Below, one piece after another: positions 57,224-60,687 of a stretch of DNA of 60,687 bases. The DNA comes from Candidatus Nanohaloarchaea archaeon (GTDB lineage: Archaea > Nanohalarchaeota > Nanosalinia > Nanosalinales > Nanosalinaceae), in assembly GCA_041639695.1 (NCBI GenBank), contig JBEQBQ010000006.1, forward strand, positions 1 to 60,687, read 5' to 3'. A program made the position numbers and the translations under genes. The notes beneath the pieces were generated by a model that had not been told where the DNA came from, did no database searches, and saw only the letters and a program-made list of their open reading frames with translations. Numbering within the stretch: position 1 is the stretch's first letter; each line of letters begins with the position of its first letter.

Positions 57224-57978
57224 TTAGTTTCCTAGGTCGTTATATTGCTTTTTGGGATGTCTTGGCTTGATTCTGTTGTTGAATTCTCTGGCTGAATCGC
57301 CGGATATACGGAGTTTATACATATCCCTCCAGTTCTGTTTTCTGGCCTTTTCGCAATAATTGGTGTGTTCAATCCCAAGTTCGGTTAGGATTTCTGAAAA
57401 ATTATCTCTCAGTTTCGGACTAATAGTGCCATATATGTACCTCCTGAATTTGGTCTCTTTGTGGCCGTCTGTGTCGATTAAACCTCTAATAAATCCTTTC
57501 TTAAACTCTCTAGAAAGCTGTTTTTCTGTATCAAGCATTACAGTTGCCGTTTTGTCTTTTTTCCAGCTGAGGTTCTGTTTCAAAACTAGGTAAATCTTCT
57601 TAGAGTTAATCTAAGGGTGGTGAGCGACTTATTCTTGTCATGAAATATTATTGGTTTCTTTCCTAATTTGCTAGTAAAAAACTCTTCCAGTACTTCCCAG
57701 TAGGAATCTTGGTAATTTAGTAAAAACTGGATTCTGTAATGACCTTCCTTCTGTTTATGAAAGTTTCCGTCTCCTGCGAATATTCCGCAGAGCTCGCCTT
57801 TAAACTCTTCACATTCCAGTATCTCTGGCTGGTTCTCTTTCTGTTTCTGCCCTACCTCCTTCCGGAAATGGTAGTAGACAGTTGATTTAGGTATATCCAG
57901 TTCTTCCTTGATCTGGTTTACGGATTTGCCGTTTGACGCCATCGACTTTATCTTCCGGATATCTTTATCGGAAGCCAT
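57224..57978 (-). pseudogene. free-standing HTH plus two-motif LAGLIDADG endonuclease, split by a 1-nt frameshift
   Basis: N-terminal HTH (SVNQIKEELDIPKSTVYYH), motif 1 ELCGIFAGDG, motif 2 GFIRGLIDTDG; frames join near 57607-57611 (TTLR.NSKKIYLVLK). Confidence 0.82.
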
Positions 57979-58068
57979 CAGGACACGAAGTCACGGATAC
58001 ATTTTAAGTAGTGTTAGAGCATCTTTCCGCTAGTTCCGGTTAGAATGAAATTCGACTTTTTATCGATT

Positions 58069-58710
58069 TCAACTCTCCATTACCGCCTCTATCTTGCCGC
58101 GGATCTCGTCTATGAAACCGGTTAGATAAATTTCTCCTCCGACAGCGACTACAACCCCGCCCAAAGTGTCGAACACTAAGTCTTTCATCGTATCGTTAAG
58201 ACCGTGTTGCGTAAGAACTGTATCGGTTCCAAGCACTTCGGCAAGTAGCGAGATTCCGTACTCCAAGAGCTCCCAGACAACTCCGAATGCCAGTATAAAG
58301 ATCATCAGAAAGGCAAACATGTACTTTCCAGGAAGCTTTATCTCGTCATAGTGTTCATCGATCGCTCTCACCGTGGAGTAGCCTGCTGCTGCAACTACAG
58401 ACGATGAAAGAGTATGTGTCAAATGGTCCCACCAAGAAATCGTTGAGTAGGGGCCTAGTGTTCCTGCCGCGTGTAAGAATACTGCGAGTGTCAGCCATAA
58501 GACTAGAGCAGGATCCATAACAATCTCGTAATCTCTTTCCAGTATTCCCGGGATAAAGGTTACCAGGAAGCTGACAAGCGAGTTTACAAACAGTCCCATG
58601 TTCTGTCTGTAAGCTCCGAAAAGAACCATGAAAAGCAGTGATATCTGCATCAACCGACTAGCTCTCTTCTGGTTCTTTTTGCTGATTCCTAGACGGTCTC
58701 TAATTTTCAT
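58069..58710 (-). CDS. membrane protein (DUF2238-like, WWDHLTH/WELLE/DT..DL motifs)
   Basis: Conserved His/Glu/Asp in TM helices. Confidence 0.78.
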   Translation of the reverse strand: MKIRDRLGISKKNQKRASRLMQISLLFMVLFGAYRQNMGLFVNSLVSFLVTFIPGILERDYEIVMDPALVLWLTLAVFLHAAGTLGPYSTISWWDHLTHTLSSSVVAAAGYSTVRAIDEHYDEIKLPGKYMFAFLMIFILAFGVVWELLEYGISLLAEVLGTDTVLTQHGLNDTMKDLVFDTLGGVVVAVGGEIYLTGFIDEIRGKIEAVMES

Positions 58711-59285
58711 ACGTCTTTCAACCTCCTGTCCCTCCTTCTGAAGTAAGTATTAAACACTAGTCCTGCGAAGATTCCGGCGAACAGGGCTGCCGTGAACTCA
58801 TGCATCAGTACTTCGTTTGAATTGATGAATGATGAACCCAGGTAGATGTCGTGGATCCATCTTGCGATAGACCATAGAGCGGCGACCGCCAGAGTTGAAA
58901 GGGTTACAAGTAAAACAGAGAAGCCGGTGTTGGTCTTGAAACCGGTATATGTATCTATCTCGGTTATTATGAGTAGTGAAACTGTTGCTGCAGTGATATA
59001 ATTGAGTGTATTGGAGGCTATGAAGCCTAACTCCATTCCTTGTAAGGTAAACGGCACTGAGAGAAGTAACAATATTTCGAATGGAGGCATTACAAGATGG
59101 TTGCTTCTAATTATGGCGGGTAAAAGTATCAGTCCTAAAACGGTTAGAGAGAAAATGCTCCAGAGCCTGTTACCGTCCAAAAGAATGTTGGCTGTCGTAA
59201 CAAGCATGTAGCCTGAGAGAATCCATGAGAGAGCTGCGTTTTTCTTCCGCCCAAGAAATATCGATGATTCCAGATATTCGCGCAT
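58707..59285 (-). CDS. membrane protein, apparent divergent paralog of the downstream gene
   Basis: Similar TM layout; ATGA overlap. Confidence 0.72.
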   Translation of the reverse strand: MREYLESSIFLGRKKNAALSWILSGYMLVTTANILLDGNRLWSIFSLTVLGLILLPAIIRSNHLVMPPFEILLLLSVPFTLQGMELGFIASNTLNYITAATVSLLIITEIDTYTGFKTNTGFSVLLVTLSTLAVAALWSIARWIHDIYLGSSFINSNEVLMHEFTAALFAGIFAGLVFNTYFRRRDRRLKDV

Positions 59286-59346
59286 AAGGAATAATTTTTC
59301 CCTCTATAAGCTTGTTCTGCTGCATGTTAAAAAAAGGCCACCTGTT

Positions 59347-60282
59347 TTAGAAGAGAAGCAGAACGAATGAAAACGCTGCTAAACTTGCTGTCATCGAAAC
59401 CACGAAGTTAAGCGCCACCGTTTCAAAGTTGTAGTTTTCATGGTTATCCTTCCATATATCGAGCCCTACCTGCAGTGTTACCGCTGTAATGGAAATCAGT
59501 AAAACCGAAAATACGTAGACTGACGCGTTCGAAATACTTGGCCGTATAAAGAATGCAGCTGGACCGAAAGCAAGGCCGATCAGGCTTGAAAGCCTTACAG
59601 AGTCAGTAATACTTCTTTGATTAAGGTAGAAGATTGTCAGTAAACCTGCCCAAATAATAGCAAGTTCCAGGGTGAAGACAGCAAGAAAGTTCAGAACAGG
59701 GCCCTGAAAGATCTGTAGTCTTTCAGTCAGAAAAACTACACCTAGAGGTTCAAAGAAGTTAGGTGGAACGCCGGTGAAAACATCGCCGAAAGGATGAGAA
59801 AGAAGGCCTAAAGTTGGAGCCATTAAAAATTCTCTTGCAGAAAAATCAAAGTAGGTTGATGCGAGCTCAGTTAATAAAAGTCCTGTAAGGCCGAAAAGCG
59901 CTACAAGTGTTGAGATCAAGGCGCCGCCGAAAAAGAAGCCGAAACCTGTTAGGATACTTACAGAGGCTACAGCTGTAAAGATATTTCTGTACCGGTAATG
60001 GAGAGTGAACAGACTTGTGCCTAGAACCGCTGTTACAAGGCTGTGGGTGAGGTTTCTGTGAGTTACTGTGGATGCAGCCCAGAATGACTCAAAGATTTCC
60101 TGGCTTCCGGGAGAAAGAATCCCGGCAATCTCTTTGAAAGCATAAATAATGTCTATGTCGGGCATCGCAGCAAATAATCCTGCAAACACGGCTAAGACCA
60201 GAGCCTTTTCTCTGTCTATACCTATTGCTAGGGAAAGTATGCCTGTGAGTGCGATTGCTAGAAAGGAGTGTCCTACAAACAT
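59347..60282 (-). CDS. membrane-bound metal-dependent hydrolase (DUF457-like)
   Basis: MFVGH, PDID, HRNLTHS, SHPFGDVFTG.PP. Confidence 0.85.
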   Translation of the reverse strand: MFVGHSFLAIALTGILSLAIGIDREKALVLAVFAGLFAAMPDIDIIYAFKEIAGILSPGSQEIFESFWAASTVTHRNLTHSLVTAVLGTSLFTLHYRYRNIFTAVASVSILTGFGFFFGGALISTLVALFGLTGLLLTELASTYFDFSAREFLMAPTLGLLSHPFGDVFTGVPPNFFEPLGVVFLTERLQIFQGPVLNFLAVFTLELAIIWAGLLTIFYLNQRSITDSVRLSSLIGLAFGPAAFFIRPSISNASVYVFSVLLISITAVTLQVGLDIWKDNHENYNFETVALNFVVSMTASLAAFSFVLLLF

Positions 60283-60330
60283 CTAAAACTAGACTCGTAA
60301 GCAGAATAAATAAAGCCCGGGCCAGGCCAC

Positions 60331-60603
60331 TTAATCGTCTAGATAGGCTTCCATGTTGCTACTGTAAGAAACCCGTGCGTAGGCTCTGACCTCTTCGCTG
60401 TCTCCGTGTTTGTTAGAGTCCACGGCTGTAAGTTCTGTCCTGCTGGAAAACCAGTATGGCTCTTCGTGAATAATAATGTTTTCTTCAGTCTCAAAATCAG
60501 GTCTAAGTATGTTAGCAGCCGCTTCAAGGCTTTCAAGTTCTGGTACTTTATCTGTAAAATTTTTCAAGTATGCTTCATCCAGAAGGTAATCGGACATAAT
60601 CAA
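60331..60603 (-). CDS. hypothetical protein
   Basis: 90-aa acidic ORF. Confidence 0.5.
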   Translation of the reverse strand: MIMSDYLLDEAYLKNFTDKVPELESLEAAANILRPDFETEENIIIHEEPYWFSSRTELTAVDSNKHGDSEEVRAYARVSYSSNMEAYLDD

Positions 60604-60687
60604 ATTTATCTTTCAGAAAAGTAATAAATTAAGGGGAGAATCTCAACTGTTGAAGGTTGAGACAAGTTCTCCGAACTTCTCGCTCAC

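Noticed and set aside
1200-60624. Many antisense or overlapping ORFs in the six-frame track (e.g. 4187..5053, 18314..18931, 40443..40994)
   Set aside because: Ser/Phe-rich shadows of acidic genes on the opposite strand, with no motifs of their own
1-60687. CRISPR array, rRNA, transposase, integrase or provirus
   Set aside because: No regularly spaced repeats, rRNA-like tracts, recombinase motifs or duplicated tRNA 3' ends were seen by eye

Overview
Archaeal chromosomal window, most consistent with a Nanohaloarchaeota (DPANN) genome. This is inferred from the acidic proteome, compact and largely leaderless genes with TATA boxes about 25-30 bp upstream, and archaeal markers (MAT, Nop5, fibrillarin, XPD, Nre, aMBF1, uL16, Dph2, histones). 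The housekeeping backbone includes a dispersed sufCU-S-DB cluster, ribL, hisS, ychF, msrA, a sugar-nucleotide cluster and four tRNAs (Gly-TCC, Ala-CGC, Glu-CTC, intron-containing Asp-GTC). The most interesting items are: (1) a BHB-intron tRNA-Asp directly abutting a free-standing, frameshifted HTH plus double-LAGLIDADG endonuclease gene; (2) two paralogous, non-acidic proteins with an N-terminal coiled coil, an internal twin-arginine signal, a shared neck and swapped C-terminal heads, one tailspike-like; (3) a five-gene co-oriented island with a protein-kinase-like gene, two orphans, an AbiEii-like nucleotidyltransferase and an AbiEi-like partner; (4) several apparent pseudoenzymes (PpsA-like, HisG-like next to hisS, GlmU-like); (5) a RelE-like/RHH toxin-antitoxin pair with a strongly structured leader; (6) a DUF4186-like protein ending in a PIP box. 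No CRISPR array, rRNA or transposase was seen. All family calls come from motif recognition by eye, not database searches.
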